Of a DNA stretch of 64,000 nt, positions 30,346-41,081 are shown one piece after another; position 1 is the stretch's first letter, and each line of letters begins with the position of its first letter. The DNA lies in the NCBI GenBank assembly GCA_965228855.1, contig CBDDIJ010000003.1, positions 2,688,001 through 2,752,000 of the forward strand. The letters run 5' to 3'. The DNA comes from Candidatus Obscuribacterales bacterium (GTDB lineage: Bacteria; Cyanobacteriota; Vampirovibrionia; Obscuribacterales; Obscuribacteraceae). Position numbers and translations under genes: made by a program. The notes below the pieces were generated by a model, which made no database searches, was not told the DNA's origin, and was given only the letters and a program-made list of their open reading frames with translations.

Positions 30346-31524
30346 TTAGAACAGCGCTTCCACGAACAGATCCGGCTCGAAGTCACGAAGCTCGTCAATC
30401 TTCTCACCCAGTCCTATAAGCTTAACGGGGATCTTCAGATCCTTTGCGATACTGAATACGACACCACCTTTCGCGGTGCCATCGAGCTTAGTCAAAATAA
30501 CACCTGTAAGCCTGCAAACTTCGGTGAACAATTTCGCTTGTTGCAAACCGTTTTGTCCGGTCGATGCATCGAGCACAAGCAGGCACTCAAGCGGCAAGTC
30601 TTTGCCGTGCTTTTCCACAACTCCGCGAATTTTCGAGAGTTCTGCCATCAAATTGGATTTATTGTGCAGCCGACCGGCTGTGTCGATCAGCAAACAGTCG
30701 TAATTTTCTTTTTTAGCCTTATCGATAGCAGTGAAAACGACCGCTCCTGGATCAGCATTGTCGCCGAGTCTTACGATATCAACGCCGCTGCGCTCAGACC
30801 AGATTTCCAGTTGGGATTCAGCCGCCGCGCGGAAAGTGTCGCCTGCAGCAAGAAGCACTTTCTTTCCTTCTTGCTTGAAACGCCATGCAACTTTTCCAAT
30901 GCTGGTCGTCTTTCCAACACCGTTAACGCCAACGATCAAATAGATGTTGACCGTTCCCGGAGTGTTCTTTAACTCAGCCGATGGAGCAGCTTTCAGAATA
31001 CTTTGAAATTCGGATTTGAGAAATTGAACAACGTCTTTGCGACTCCACGATTTGCCTCTCGCTTCCTTGCGAAGGTGGGCGATCATTTCCTGAACGTTGG
31101 TCAACCCGATATCAGCTTTGATAAGCTTTTCTTCGAGGTCCTCGAGGTAATCTTCATCAATGGCGATGGTTGCACCGGATGAACCAGCTTCTGACTTCGG
31201 CACCAGGGGCGGTGCTTCCTGTACGCTCGTTGCGGCGCCTCCGTGAACAGAGCCCGGATTTACACCTCCGTTACCAGCCTCGTCTTCACCGGCTTGGGTG
31301 CGTGTCGGATAACCGGAATCGTCGGCTTCAACCTGAGTTGGATCCTGCGCTGTGTGTGATTGATAAACGGGTGGCTCAGTCGAAGTCTGGCTTGGCGGCA
31401 GGTCCGCTGCGATTTCATCATCTACGGAGCCAGTAATTTGAGTTTTGGTTTTCGACAGAGCTGTTTTCAGCTTAGAAAGAGTCGAGCCCCAAAAGCCTTT
31501 CCGTTCGCCGGATTCGTCTACCAT
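30346..31524 (-). CDS. ftsY: Signal recognition particle receptor FtsY
   Basis: 'GVNGVGKTTSIGK', 'DTFRAAA', 'DTAGRL', 'TKLDGTAKGG'; acidic N-terminal region. Start uncertain (ORF track 31566). Confidence 0.96.
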   Translation of the reverse strand: MVDESGERKGFWGSTLSKLKTALSKTKTQITGSVDDEIAADLPPSQTSTEPPVYQSHTAQDPTQVEADDSGYPTRTQAGEDEAGNGGVNPGSVHGGAATSVQEAPPLVPKSEAGSSGATIAIDEDYLEDLEEKLIKADIGLTNVQEMIAHLRKEARGKSWSRKDVVQFLKSEFQSILKAAPSAELKNTPGTVNIYLIVGVNGVGKTTSIGKVAWRFKQEGKKVLLAAGDTFRAAAESQLEIWSERSGVDIVRLGDNADPGAVVFTAIDKAKKENYDCLLIDTAGRLHNKSNLMAELSKIRGVVEKHGKDLPLECLLVLDASTGQNGLQQAKLFTEVCRLTGVILTKLDGTAKGGVVFSIAKDLKIPVKLIGLGEKIDELRDFEPDLFVEALF

Positions 31525-31574
31525 CCTGTCCTCACTTACGTTTAAACTGCGCCGCGTCGAAAACAAAATCGCGA

Positions 31575-32354
31575 CTAACGAACTTTTTCACCATTAGAAT
31601 CACTAATGGTCGGAATTCTCAATTCGCCGGTCTCCCGGAAATATTCAGCTTCTTCAACCAGATCTGCAAGAATCCCATTGATTAACTTGGCCGCTTTCTT
31701 ATCGGCAAAGCGATGGCATAGCTCGACAGCTTCGTTGATGGCAACTTTCACCGGAATCTCCGGCATGAAAAATGCCTCAGCGCAAGCCAATCGAAGAATG
31801 TCTCTGTCGATACTGACCATGCGTTCCATCTTCCATTTTGAACGCGCAGACTTAATAAATTCATCGATCAAATTTCTGTTTTGAGCGTACGCGGAAACAA
31901 GCTGGATTAGAAAATTTCTCACTTCAGACTTGTCATTGCGGTCAAGAACGACTGTTTGAACGTGTTTGCACTTTGAGCAAGGAATTTCGATTCTTCCACG
32001 TCCGCCGTGCAATGTCATTTCAGGCATGTCGAGAGCCTCGGACAGCATGGTGACGGCGCGGTCGAGATGCTGCAGTTGAGTTCGCAGCTGTTCAGTAGTC
32101 ATCTTCACCGGGTGCAAATTTTCGATTTTGCTCTGGTTTTCAGGAGCGCTCAATTCTATGTCATCGAGTTCACCGGAAACCTTGCTCAATTCACCGGATG
32201 CAGATTCCAAGATTTCTTTCACGTGACTGGAAAGCATCATCACAGCACGCCCAACGACGTCTTCGATTTCAAGTTTTTCGAGTTTGCTCTGGTCTTTGGG
32301 CAGCTGTGGCAGCACTATCACCGCCAGCTCCCGAGCGATACGCCGTGCTGTCAT
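31575..32354 (-). CDS. nusB: Transcription antitermination factor NusB, long cyanobacterial-type
   Basis: 'RRIARELA' N-terminus, 'IDRDILRLA', 'VAINEAVELC', 'INGIL'; adjacent to ftsY. Confidence 0.9.
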   Translation of the reverse strand: MTARRIARELAVIVLPQLPKDQSKLEKLEIEDVVGRAVMMLSSHVKEILESASGELSKVSGELDDIELSAPENQSKIENLHPVKMTTEQLRTQLQHLDRAVTMLSEALDMPEMTLHGGRGRIEIPCSKCKHVQTVVLDRNDKSEVRNFLIQLVSAYAQNRNLIDEFIKSARSKWKMERMVSIDRDILRLACAEAFFMPEIPVKVAINEAVELCHRFADKKAAKLINGILADLVEEAEYFRETGELRIPTISDSNGEKVR

Positions 32355-32548
32355 TAGAACTCCCGAAGTCCCACTTTGCAATGGGAAATACAATAAAGAA
32401 TCATGTTACCACTCTCTATGACAACCCGAAGTCGTCAGCATGGCTTGTGTTCAGATAAGTTAAGGACTGATTTGCCGGACAATCTGAAAGCCTAAAACCA
32501 TGCAACACGGTGTAAGCTTTTTAAAGGACGTGATACGGGGCACAGGCA

Positions 32549-33118
32549 ATGAGTTTGAGGATTACAGGTGGTGAAGCGAGAGGTCGCTCTGTTGCCAGTC
32601 CTAATGGCATCGCCGTGCGCCCGACCAGTTCCAAAATTCGCCAGGCACTTTTCAACATCCTTGGCGGACGAATCATAGATGCGCGCTTCTTAGACCTCTG
32701 CGGCGGCACTGGCTTGATGGGCATCGAGGCTCTGAGCCGAGGCGCCGGCGAATTGACGGTTATCGAGCTCGAGAAAAAACTTGCCTCAAATATCAGCGCC
32801 TCTCTCGAAAAACTTTCGTTTGAAGCAGAGGTAATTACCGGTGATGTCCGAGACAGACTGAGCGATCTACAGGGCTCCAAGTTCGATATTATTTTCGCTG
32901 ACCCACCTTACAAAAGCCCGGTTGCTAAAAGCGTGCTTCACCTGGTGGACAGATACAACTTACTTAGCGACGACGGGCTCCTGATTATCGAGCACTCCAA
33001 AGACACGGATTTGCCGCTCGATAAAGTCTCGCTAACCCGAACGAATAAGAGAGAATATGGTCAAACATTTCTCTCGTTCTTTCAAAAGCCAGACAAACAC
33101 GCGCAGGAACAACAGTGA
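32549..33118 (+). CDS. rsmD: 16S rRNA m2G966 methyltransferase
   Basis: 'LRITGG', 'VRPT', 'RQALFNIL', 'LDLCGGTG', 'EALSRGA', 'FADPPY'. Confidence 0.93.
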   Translation: MSLRITGGEARGRSVASPNGIAVRPTSSKIRQALFNILGGRIIDARFLDLCGGTGLMGIEALSRGAGELTVIELEKKLASNISASLEKLSFEAEVITGDVRDRLSDLQGSKFDIIFADPPYKSPVAKSVLHLVDRYNLLSDDGLLIIEHSKDTDLPLDKVSLTRTNKREYGQTFLSFFQKPDKHAQEQQ

Positions 33119-34356
33119 GCGATTATTCTCAGCACTTACGACTCGGCGATCTTCTCATGGACGCGGGTATTTTGTCGTCCGATTACATCAAAGAAGCGCT
33201 CGCGAAATACGAGGAGCAGGGTCTGCCAATTGGCAAGGCGCTTGTCATCTCGGGCTATTTGAGTGACGGAGAACTGCGCAACGCTCTTAATTTGCAGTAC
33301 ATGGTCAACGATCGTTTGTTAACCAGAAAAGATGCGGTCAGCGTGTTGAAAACCGCTCACAATGGTCGCATCGGCCTTGAAGAGTCATTTAGAAAAACCG
33401 GACTCGTCCAACCGGAAGAACAAGAAGCCAATAAACTTGGTCAGCTTCTGATGGACAGCGACATCATCGACGAGGAGACCCTTGAACCCTGCCTTTATGC
33501 AAGCAACAACACCGGCTTGCCGCTCGGTCATGTCCTCTGCCACCGCAACCTGATGTCGCAACCCATCATAAATCGCGCTTTGTTAATTCAACAATACATT
33601 CGCCGCGGTCAGATCATGCGCAACCAGGGCATTGAGTCGCTCCGATACGCAGGCAAACGCGAAGAACAGCTTGAGAGGCTGCAAATCAATCGAGGTTACA
33701 AACGGCAGCCGTTAAAAGGAACGCCACTTTTCGGTGACCTGTTGCTCGGCGCAGGCGTCGCGACAGAACGTCAAATTCGCGAAGCCCAACTCGCGCACAT
33801 CACACATAATAAGACTTTCGGTCAGGCGCTCGTCGATTCGCAGCAACTACCTGACGACTTTATTCGGTCCGCTGTAGTTGTTCAAGAAATGATCGACAAT
33901 GAAACTCTCGAACTGGATAAAGCGCGAGAGGCGCTCATGGAAGTCCGCGCCAAGCGCATTTCGCCTATCAGAGCAGTTGCTGAAGCATGCACTTTCCGCA
34001 TGCAGTTGAACCAATCGCGCTCACTGCTCGACTTATTATCCTCAGTCGGTGCAATAGACATTGACGCATTGCCCGCGGAGATTCAAGAACGTGCCGGGGT
34101 AAATTACAATCAAGTGCTTTATCTATGCCGATCTCTGCTGGGAGCGGGAATTGTTGACGAAGACATTTTATACTCCGCACTCCGCTTAGTAGATTTGCTC
34201 AATCGAAAGATCGTCTCAATAGAAAAAGCATCAATGGCTTTAGAGTTCGCGATCAAATCAGAAACCGACATTGAATTTGCGCTCTACATGCTCGGAATCA
34301 CTGAGCGTACACGATTACGCGATCACGAAGTGGTCGCAAAAGGATTAGCAGTGTAG
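33115..34356 (+). CDS. Protein of tandem MshEN/T2SSE_N-like repeats
   Basis: Repeated 'RLGDLLMDAGIL', 'PIGKALVISGYL', 'KLGQLLMDSDII', 'PLGHVL', 'LFGDLLLGAGVA'; start overlaps the rsmD stop (GTGA). Confidence 0.75.
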   Translation: MSDYSQHLRLGDLLMDAGILSSDYIKEALAKYEEQGLPIGKALVISGYLSDGELRNALNLQYMVNDRLLTRKDAVSVLKTAHNGRIGLEESFRKTGLVQPEEQEANKLGQLLMDSDIIDEETLEPCLYASNNTGLPLGHVLCHRNLMSQPIINRALLIQQYIRRGQIMRNQGIESLRYAGKREEQLERLQINRGYKRQPLKGTPLFGDLLLGAGVATERQIREAQLAHITHNKTFGQALVDSQQLPDDFIRSAVVVQEMIDNETLELDKAREALMEVRAKRISPIRAVAEACTFRMQLNQSRSLLDLLSSVGAIDIDALPAEIQERAGVNYNQVLYLCRSLLGAGIVDEDILYSALRLVDLLNRKIVSIEKASMALEFAIKSETDIEFALYMLGITERTRLRDHEVVAKGLAV

Positions 34357-34411
34357 CGGCAGCGGCAAGAAATCAGCGAACGTGCAAGCCCGCAGATCAA
34401 CGCACTCGATA

Positions 34412-35329
34412 TCAATTCGGACTGGCAGAAAGTGCATTTTCGACCAGAATCGGAAGAGGCGGTGCCTGTCCGGCTTTGTCTGCGCCCATGTACACGGTGG
34501 TGTGAGGGAACGGAATTTCAATGTTCAGCTTATCGAATGTATTTTTAATCCTGCGATTGAACTCGCGTCCGACTCTCCATTGCCGTATCGGCAAAGTTTT
34601 AGTTCTCGCCTTGAGGATGATGGCCGAATCAGCGAATTTATCCAGTCCGAGAATCTCTAGCGGCTCGATGATATCGTTCTTGTAGTCAGGATCTTGACGC
34701 ATGCTTTCGTCGATCTGCTGAAGAACCTCAATGACGCTATCGACGTTTTCCTTGTAAGCAACACCGACTTCGAAAACATAATAAGAGAAGTCCTTGGTCA
34801 TATTTGTGACGACTGAAATATCACTGTTTCTAACAAAGTGCACGTTACCGGACAAATCGCGAAGTGTCACCATCCGCAGTGTCACTCTTTCGACCACCCC
34901 ACTTTTGTCGGCTATTTCAACCACATCGCCGACGCGAATTTGATCTTCCATAAGAATAAAGAAGCCGGTAATAACATCCTTGACCAATGTTTGAGCGCCG
35001 AAACCGACCGCGACACCGACGACTCCAGCACCAGCAAGGATCGGACCTATTGCAAAACCGAGGTCCTGCAAAACGATCATACTGGTGATGGCTAAAATTG
35101 CAGAGAGGAGAACCCAACGAACGACCGAACTCAAAGTATCAGCCCGCTTCTTGAGTTCCGTGCCTTCTTGCCCGCGGATCAAGAGAGCGAAAATCTTGTC
35201 AGACAACAGGCGACTACCTTTAATCGCCAGTCCTGATAACAGGACGACAATCAATATTCTGACGCCGGTGGTGCCTAACCATACGAGAGCGAAGTTTACG
35301 AACTCAGTTGGTTCTGTTGGAATTTTCAA
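34412..35329 (-). CDS. Small-conductance mechanosensitive channel (MscS family)
   Basis: 'AGAGVVGVAVGFGAQTLVKDVITGFFILMEDQIRVGDVV', 'IEIPFPH'. Confidence 0.93.
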   Translation of the reverse strand: MKIPTEPTEFVNFALVWLGTTGVRILIVVLLSGLAIKGSRLLSDKIFALLIRGQEGTELKKRADTLSSVVRWVLLSAILAITSMIVLQDLGFAIGPILAGAGVVGVAVGFGAQTLVKDVITGFFILMEDQIRVGDVVEIADKSGVVERVTLRMVTLRDLSGNVHFVRNSDISVVTNMTKDFSYYVFEVGVAYKENVDSVIEVLQQIDESMRQDPDYKNDIIEPLEILGLDKFADSAIILKARTKTLPIRQWRVGREFNRRIKNTFDKLNIEIPFPHTTVYMGADKAGQAPPLPILVENALSASPN

Positions 35330-35659
35330 TATTCACCTCTCTTTCTTATGCAAAACTGGCGGTCCGAGACGTTTTCAATGAGGTGCCCGTAACACGGACG
35401 AACAGGCATCTTAGCATTATCACAACGGACACCCAAGTGAAACGCGCCTGCATCAAGCGGTTTCTTCAAGTTCCTTAAGAACCGAAAATTCACACAAACA
35501 TTCATATAGTCCCGAAAAGCGCAGGAGATAAGGCATTTTGCAATTGAACCCGTGAGCCGTTAGTCTGGCGAAAGAAATCCATAAGCCAGAATGTTGGTTG
35601 TGTCAATTAGTGATTCCTTGTGTCGATTAGAATATCTCTGTCCAAACAGAAGGCTACAT

Positions 35660-36685
35660 ATGTTTCTAGATTCAATGAAGGCAGAGGTCCGCGGCAAGGG
35701 AATGCGCGTAGTCTTTGCCGAGGGCAACGAAGAGCGAGCGATCAAAGCAGCTGCAATGTTGCGCGATGAAGATCTGGCCAGGCCGATTCTCATAGGAAAA
35801 ACAGATGAGATTGAAAAGCTAGCGAAAAAATTGGGAATCGAGACGAAGGGAATCGACATACACGACCACGCCGAGGATAAGGATCTCGAAAAGTACGTCG
35901 ACACCTATTACGATCTGCGGATAAAGAAGAAGAAAGAGATCACGCGCGACCAGGCTGAAGAAAAGGTGAAACAACCGCACTACTTTGGTGCGTTAATGGT
36001 GCATCTGGACAAAGCAGATGGAATGGTTTCGGGATTGAATAGCGAAACTAAACCCTTCCTACCAGCTTTTGAGATTATAGGCTTGAAGGAAGGCTTCAAG
36101 CGAGCTTCTTCGCTATTTGTACTGGAATGGCCGGAGAGACTCTTATTCTTTGCCGACTGCTCCGTCAACATCGATCCAGACGCACAGACGTTATCGGAGA
36201 TTGCTCATGCAACCGCTCAAACGGTCGCATCGTTTAAGTTCGAGCCTCGAGTAGCGTTCCTCTCTTTCTCCACAAGAGACAGTGCCAAGGGTGAAACTGT
36301 CGACAAAGTCAAAGAGGCGCTACGTCTGACGAAAGAGGCTTGCCCTCAGATGATCGTTGATGGAGAGATTCAATTCGACGCGGCACTACTGCCGGAGATA
36401 GCTCACAGGAAGGCACCGGGAAGCGTTTTTGAAGACAAAGGCGCAAATGTTTTTATCTTCCCGGACCTGAACAGCGGCAATATCGCCTACAAAATTTCGG
36501 AAAGACTTGGTCGTGCAACCGCTACTGGACCTATTCTTCAGGGTTTACGGAAACCTATCAATGACGTCTCCAGAGGATGCTCGTTCGAAGATCTCGCAAA
36601 TGCAGGAATTCTAACGGCGGCTCTGGCATTGATAAAAGAAGAGATTGGACACGAGTGTCAGGTCAGCGATGAAGACAAACACTGA
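35660..36685 (+). CDS. pta: Phosphate acetyltransferase (short class I)
   Basis: 'VVFAEG', 'ADGMVSG', 'FADCSVN', 'DGEIQFDAA', 'FPDLNSGNIAYK', 'GPILQG', 'NDVSRG'. Confidence 0.9.
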   Translation: MFLDSMKAEVRGKGMRVVFAEGNEERAIKAAAMLRDEDLARPILIGKTDEIEKLAKKLGIETKGIDIHDHAEDKDLEKYVDTYYDLRIKKKKEITRDQAEEKVKQPHYFGALMVHLDKADGMVSGLNSETKPFLPAFEIIGLKEGFKRASSLFVLEWPERLLFFADCSVNIDPDAQTLSEIAHATAQTVASFKFEPRVAFLSFSTRDSAKGETVDKVKEALRLTKEACPQMIVDGEIQFDAALLPEIAHRKAPGSVFEDKGANVFIFPDLNSGNIAYKISERLGRATATGPILQGLRKPINDVSRGCSFEDLANAGILTAALALIKEEIGHECQVSDEDKH

Positions 36686-36727
36686 TGCCTGTGTTTTAGG
36701 TCTTCCTGAAGTGTCAATTAACCAGAG

Positions 36728-39466
36728 CTATTTTTTTGAGTCACGCTCATCCGCTGACGAATGAGCGTGATGCTGATGAACAGCACCACCGGTAGTGACG
36801 TTTTCATTCGGCGGACCGAACTCAGCGATTACACAATCGCAAGGACCTTCGCCGCCGGCTTCCATGCCGTGACTTTCTTTTCCGTTTGAATCCGTTAAAC
36901 TCGCGCCGACGGACTCCGGCGCGATGGCGACCGCGATGCCACTGCTCTGCCCCTGAGCCACCGCAACTGGTGCACCGTCTGTAGCGCTCTGCTCAGTCGA
37001 GATTGATACGTTCGCAGTTGCGGCGGACGAAGCACCCACCGCTGCTGTTGCCGGCGGAACAGGCATTTTGCCGGTCGTAGTGGATGGATACTTCAAACGA
37101 TCGTGATGCAGCGTTCTCCAGACACGCACGAAAGCCAACTTAACTCGATGCAGTTCTTCATACGTCAGGGACGAATCGCTGAACTGACCATCTTGCCAGC
37201 GATTTTCAAAAACCTTATCGATTGCGGTTTCGACTTCCTCTTCACTGGGATCTTTCATACTGTGAGTCACGGCTTCAGACACATCAGCCAGCATGACGAT
37301 GGCCGTTTCCTTCGAATTCGGCTTCGGTCCCGGATAACGATAGAACATCGCATCCACGTTGTCAGCGCCGTCGCGTTGACAGGCTTTGTAATAGAAGTAT
37401 GCCATCAGAGTGGTGCCCTGGTGCATCGGAATGAAATCTTCAACCGCTTTTGGAAGCGAATACTTTCTCGCCAGCTCGATGCCGTCGGTCACGTGGGCAA
37501 GAACTCGATCTCGACTTTCCTCAGGCGTCATTGAATCATGAGGATTTGCCGCGCCCAGCTGGTTTTCTATAAAGAACTTCGCCTTCACCATTTTTCCGAT
37601 GTCGTGATACATGGCACCGGCACGAACGAGGTTTGCGTCTGAGTGAATCGCCTTAGCACCTGCCTCTGCCAGGTTGGCAACAGCAAGACTGTGTTGATAT
37701 GTTCCAGGCGCTTTTTCTTCAAGCTGACGAAGAAGAGGCTGCTCAGCATCGACGAGTTCAATCAGTCGGTAAGGGGTGATCAAACCGAAGATGTTTTCAA
37801 GGAAAGGCAGGGAGCCTATCGCGATGATAGAGGAAACGATTCCACCTGCAAATTGCAATCCGACGGTTTGGAGATCAGGAGTTGCGGCCGGCAACCAGGT
37901 CACTACATATGGTGCAATGCGATCACCGAAAATGTATGGAGCTATACGACCCAAACCGTAGGCACAAAGGAAACCGACAGCTTGTGCGACACCAATGACG
38001 AGACCGCAAAATACCAGCGAATTTCTGCGCTTCGAGTAACTGAGAATTGCAGCGAAGGCTGCTACTGTGAGCGCCACCAGATGAGCACCATTAATCAGTC
38101 CTTCAACGAGCAAAAGAACGGTGATTGGCAATATCAACGCAGCTGCAACTCGCCGTCTGAAGAAGATGGTCAACAGGAGCGCCGCTCCGGGGATTGGCAC
38201 AAATTGCGGGTACGTGCTCCCCAGTACGCTGGTCGCGATAGAAGCTACGATTCCGATTGTGTACAGCAGGGCTATCGAGCGTGAAGAGAAAAAGTGTTTT
38301 GGTTCGTAAGTCAGCAAAAACAATCCGGAGAAGCCCAGAGCGGCAAGCAAAGAAACTCCCAGAACGAGAAGGACAGCTGTGCTTTTTACGCTCTTTACCT
38401 GGAGCGCTTGCAAAATTTCCTGCTTCTCTTCGGTGATAACGTCTCCACGACGGATAACTACATCACCCTGCTTGATAGAGCGAGTCACCGGTTTCACATC
38501 ACGAACAGCGGCGTCGGCTTTGGCTTTTGTCCCGGAAGGGTCAATCACCAGGTTCGGTTCCAGGGCGTCGCAAATGATCGTCCCGGCACGAGCACGAAGC
38601 ACGGCGTTCCAGGAATCAGGCAAAAACTCGATTACGACTTTGTGCCAGTCATGTTTGTTTTTGACTGGAAAACGGGAAAACTGCTGCAGGATTCGGTTGG
38701 TAGCCTGTAAAGTCGTGTCGGCGAACTGCAACAGTTCAGTCGGTTTTACGGCGACGGCTAGAAAAATTTGATCGTCCGATATGGGCTCGGCATTCTTACG
38801 CATCTCACTTAAAATGCTGCGCTGCCGTTCCAGAATTCCGGTCGCCTGCGCCAAGCCGGAAACCGGCGCGGATGAACGCGCGCGCCCCCTACGAGATGGA
38901 GCGGCCGGCAAAGGAGACTCCAAACGTTTCTTCAAAAGTTCAACGTAGTCCGACTGCTCTTTAAGTTCAATCGGTTTGGTTCCGACGATCTGCCCGAAGA
39001 TCTCCGATGAGCATGTCAGAGCATAAACGTGCTCTGCAGGCTGAACTCCAAGGGCCTGCAAGATCGCGTCAGCTTCGATGCCGGCGTCCTGAATTTGCTT
39101 GATGACCACAAATTGTTGCTTGACGTCTTGCAACGAGCGCGCGTCGTTTTCCCGATCAATGACGAAATCCGGGATCACATGCTGCCGGGCGACTTCCACG
39201 GCAGAAGCTGTAGCCTCGGGATCGATAATCGTAGCTTCCTGGGTTGCCCGGATGTCCTTCTCAGCAATGTCTCCAGGCGAGATTCCAGGCGAAAAGATCT
39301 CCCCGGCTGTCAGAGAGAAAAACAGCAGAATAGCGCCAAGCGCGCCGATCGTGAGCCAGGCGAAAAAGTCCTTTCCCGATGGAAAGATGGCATGGTGCAG
39401 CTCATCTTGGTGGGTGAACTGCTGACTGTTTCCAGTTTCGGTTTTGTTTCGTGGTGATGTGCTCAC
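36728..39466 (-). CDS. 7TM-HD phosphohydrolase, PgpH-like c-di-AMP phosphodiesterase
   Basis: N-terminal TM, extracellular domain, multi-TM block, then 'APGTYQHSLAVANLAE', 'YHDIGK', 'FFIENQ', 'YRYPGPKP', 'MLAD'. Confidence 0.88.
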   Translation of the reverse strand: MSTSPRNKTETGNSQQFTHQDELHHAIFPSGKDFFAWLTIGALGAILLFFSLTAGEIFSPGISPGDIAEKDIRATQEATIIDPEATASAVEVARQHVIPDFVIDRENDARSLQDVKQQFVVIKQIQDAGIEADAILQALGVQPAEHVYALTCSSEIFGQIVGTKPIELKEQSDYVELLKKRLESPLPAAPSRRGRARSSAPVSGLAQATGILERQRSILSEMRKNAEPISDDQIFLAVAVKPTELLQFADTTLQATNRILQQFSRFPVKNKHDWHKVVIEFLPDSWNAVLRARAGTIICDALEPNLVIDPSGTKAKADAAVRDVKPVTRSIKQGDVVIRRGDVITEEKQEILQALQVKSVKSTAVLLVLGVSLLAALGFSGLFLLTYEPKHFFSSRSIALLYTIGIVASIATSVLGSTYPQFVPIPGAALLLTIFFRRRVAAALILPITVLLLVEGLINGAHLVALTVAAFAAILSYSKRRNSLVFCGLVIGVAQAVGFLCAYGLGRIAPYIFGDRIAPYVVTWLPAATPDLQTVGLQFAGGIVSSIIAIGSLPFLENIFGLITPYRLIELVDAEQPLLRQLEEKAPGTYQHSLAVANLAEAGAKAIHSDANLVRAGAMYHDIGKMVKAKFFIENQLGAANPHDSMTPEESRDRVLAHVTDGIELARKYSLPKAVEDFIPMHQGTTLMAYFYYKACQRDGADNVDAMFYRYPGPKPNSKETAIVMLADVSEAVTHSMKDPSEEEVETAIDKVFENRWQDGQFSDSSLTYEELHRVKLAFVRVWRTLHHDRLKYPSTTTGKMPVPPATAAVGASSAATANVSISTEQSATDGAPVAVAQGQSSGIAVAIAPESVGASLTDSNGKESHGMEAGGEGPCDCVIAEFGPPNENVTTGGAVHQHHAHSSADERDSKK

Positions 39467-39612
39467 AAGTCACCGAGAGGCCGCTCTAATCCCAGCTAAA
39501 GAGACTGGTTCAATTTAACTATACGAAGCCCTCAAACATTCATCTTACTCCTACTTCTTTTGAACGCAAACCGGTTATTGTTTATTAGTCAATTTAGAGG
39601 AAGGTTCGAAAG

Positions 39613-40599
39613 TTGAGCAACATACTGGTAACAGGCGCAGCTGGCTACATCGGCAGCCATTTCGTCAGACGGTTTTTGGGCGCTAAGCAAGGCAAAAATA
39701 TTATCGCTGTTGACAATCTATCAGTCGGGCATTTGGAATCGTTGCCGAAAAACGACCGGTTTGTTTTTTATGAAAACGATATCGGCAACTTTGATTTCAT
39801 GCGCGATTTGATGGAAAAGCACAGAGTCGAATCGGTGGTGCACTTTGCGGCCAGCGCATATGTGGGAGAGTCGCAAGAGAAACCGTTCAAATATTTCGAT
39901 AACAACGTAGTCGGGACACTGAATCTCTTCAAAGCGATGAACGAAACCGGCTGCCGAAAAATTGTTTTCTCCTCCAGCTGCGCGACTTACGGAAATCCGG
40001 ACTACAGTCCGATCGACGAGGACCACGCCCAAAGACCAGTCAGCGTCTACGGCACGACTAAATACATGATCGAGAAAGCGATTCAGGCGCTGGCCACGAC
40101 AGGCTGGTCGTACGCGAGCCTGCGCTATTTCAATGCGGCCGGCGCCGATGACTCGGGCGAGATTGGCGAAAGTCACGAACCGGAGACTCACATCATTCCT
40201 CTCACCTTACAAACAGCCCTGGGAAAACGCGAGGTCCTGCAAGTATTTGGTGACGACTACGATACCGAAGACGGCACCTGCGTGAGGGATTACGTACACG
40301 TCAACGACCTTGCGGACGCACACATTCAAGCGCTCGACAAACTCGACAGCGGGACGAAAGAACTGGCGGTAAATCTGGGCTCATCGGTCGGCGCATCGGT
40401 CAAACAAGTGATCGAAATGTGCAAGCAGGTCACGGGTCGCAATATTAACGTCAAGTACTCCCCGCGCCGCGCCGGGGACGCTGTTGCACTTTTCGCGGAT
40501 CACAAACGCGCGACAGAGCAGTTAGGTTGGACACCGGCCTACGATCTTAAACGCATAGTTGAAACGGCGTGGAACTGGGAATCCAATCGAAAATACTAG
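39613..40599 (+). CDS. galE: UDP-glucose 4-epimerase
   Basis: 'TGAAGYIGSH', 'HFAA', 'FSSSCATYG', 'YGTTK', 'LRYFNAAGA', 'DGTCVRDYVHV'. Confidence 0.95.
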   Translation: MSNILVTGAAGYIGSHFVRRFLGAKQGKNIIAVDNLSVGHLESLPKNDRFVFYENDIGNFDFMRDLMEKHRVESVVHFAASAYVGESQEKPFKYFDNNVVGTLNLFKAMNETGCRKIVFSSSCATYGNPDYSPIDEDHAQRPVSVYGTTKYMIEKAIQALATTGWSYASLRYFNAAGADDSGEIGESHEPETHIIPLTLQTALGKREVLQVFGDDYDTEDGTCVRDYVHVNDLADAHIQALDKLDSGTKELAVNLGSSVGASVKQVIEMCKQVTGRNINVKYSPRRAGDAVALFADHKRATEQLGWTPAYDLKRIVETAWNWESNRKY

Positions 40600-40661
40600 C
40601 GAAGTAGAGAAAAAAGAGACGAGTTTTTACGCCTTTGCCCAGCCGGAGCAGTAATATTTCT

Positions 40662-41081
40662 CTATTTTTTGCTCATAGGTTCAAGCGCGCGAGAAGTGCT
40701 TACTGTGCCACTTTTCACCATATCGCGTTGGTCCTGGTGCACCCGAAGTTTCGCATCGAAGTCGATCGATTCTTGCAGGTGCAGCAATTGCATTCGCGTC
40801 TCAGCAGCTTCATGTTCCAACTGGTGGATTCGCTCCTGAAGCCTCTTATTCTCATGTTTTCCCGCGAGTCGATCACGAATTATTGGAATAAAACTGATGG
40901 CGAGCAGCAGTATAAACGGCCAAGCACCGCCATCACTGACGATACCAGTGAAACATCCAATCAGAACGACGCCGAGGATAAACCAGAACGGGCTGGTTGC
41001 GACAAACGCAACTATTGCAGCCATTTTCAGAGCACCACCTTCGGACTTCTCTTTAATGACTATTGTTCGCTCGCTTTCCAT
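40662..41081 (-). CDS. Small membrane protein with C-terminal coiled coil
   Basis: 2-3 TM then 'KRLQERIHQLEHEAAETRMQLLHLQE'; divergent from the giant-gene cluster. Confidence 0.65.
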   Translation of the reverse strand: MESERTIVIKEKSEGGALKMAAIVAFVATSPFWFILGVVLIGCFTGIVSDGGAWPFILLLAISFIPIIRDRLAGKHENKRLQERIHQLEHEAAETRMQLLHLQESIDFDAKLRVHQDQRDMVKSGTVSTSRALEPMSKK

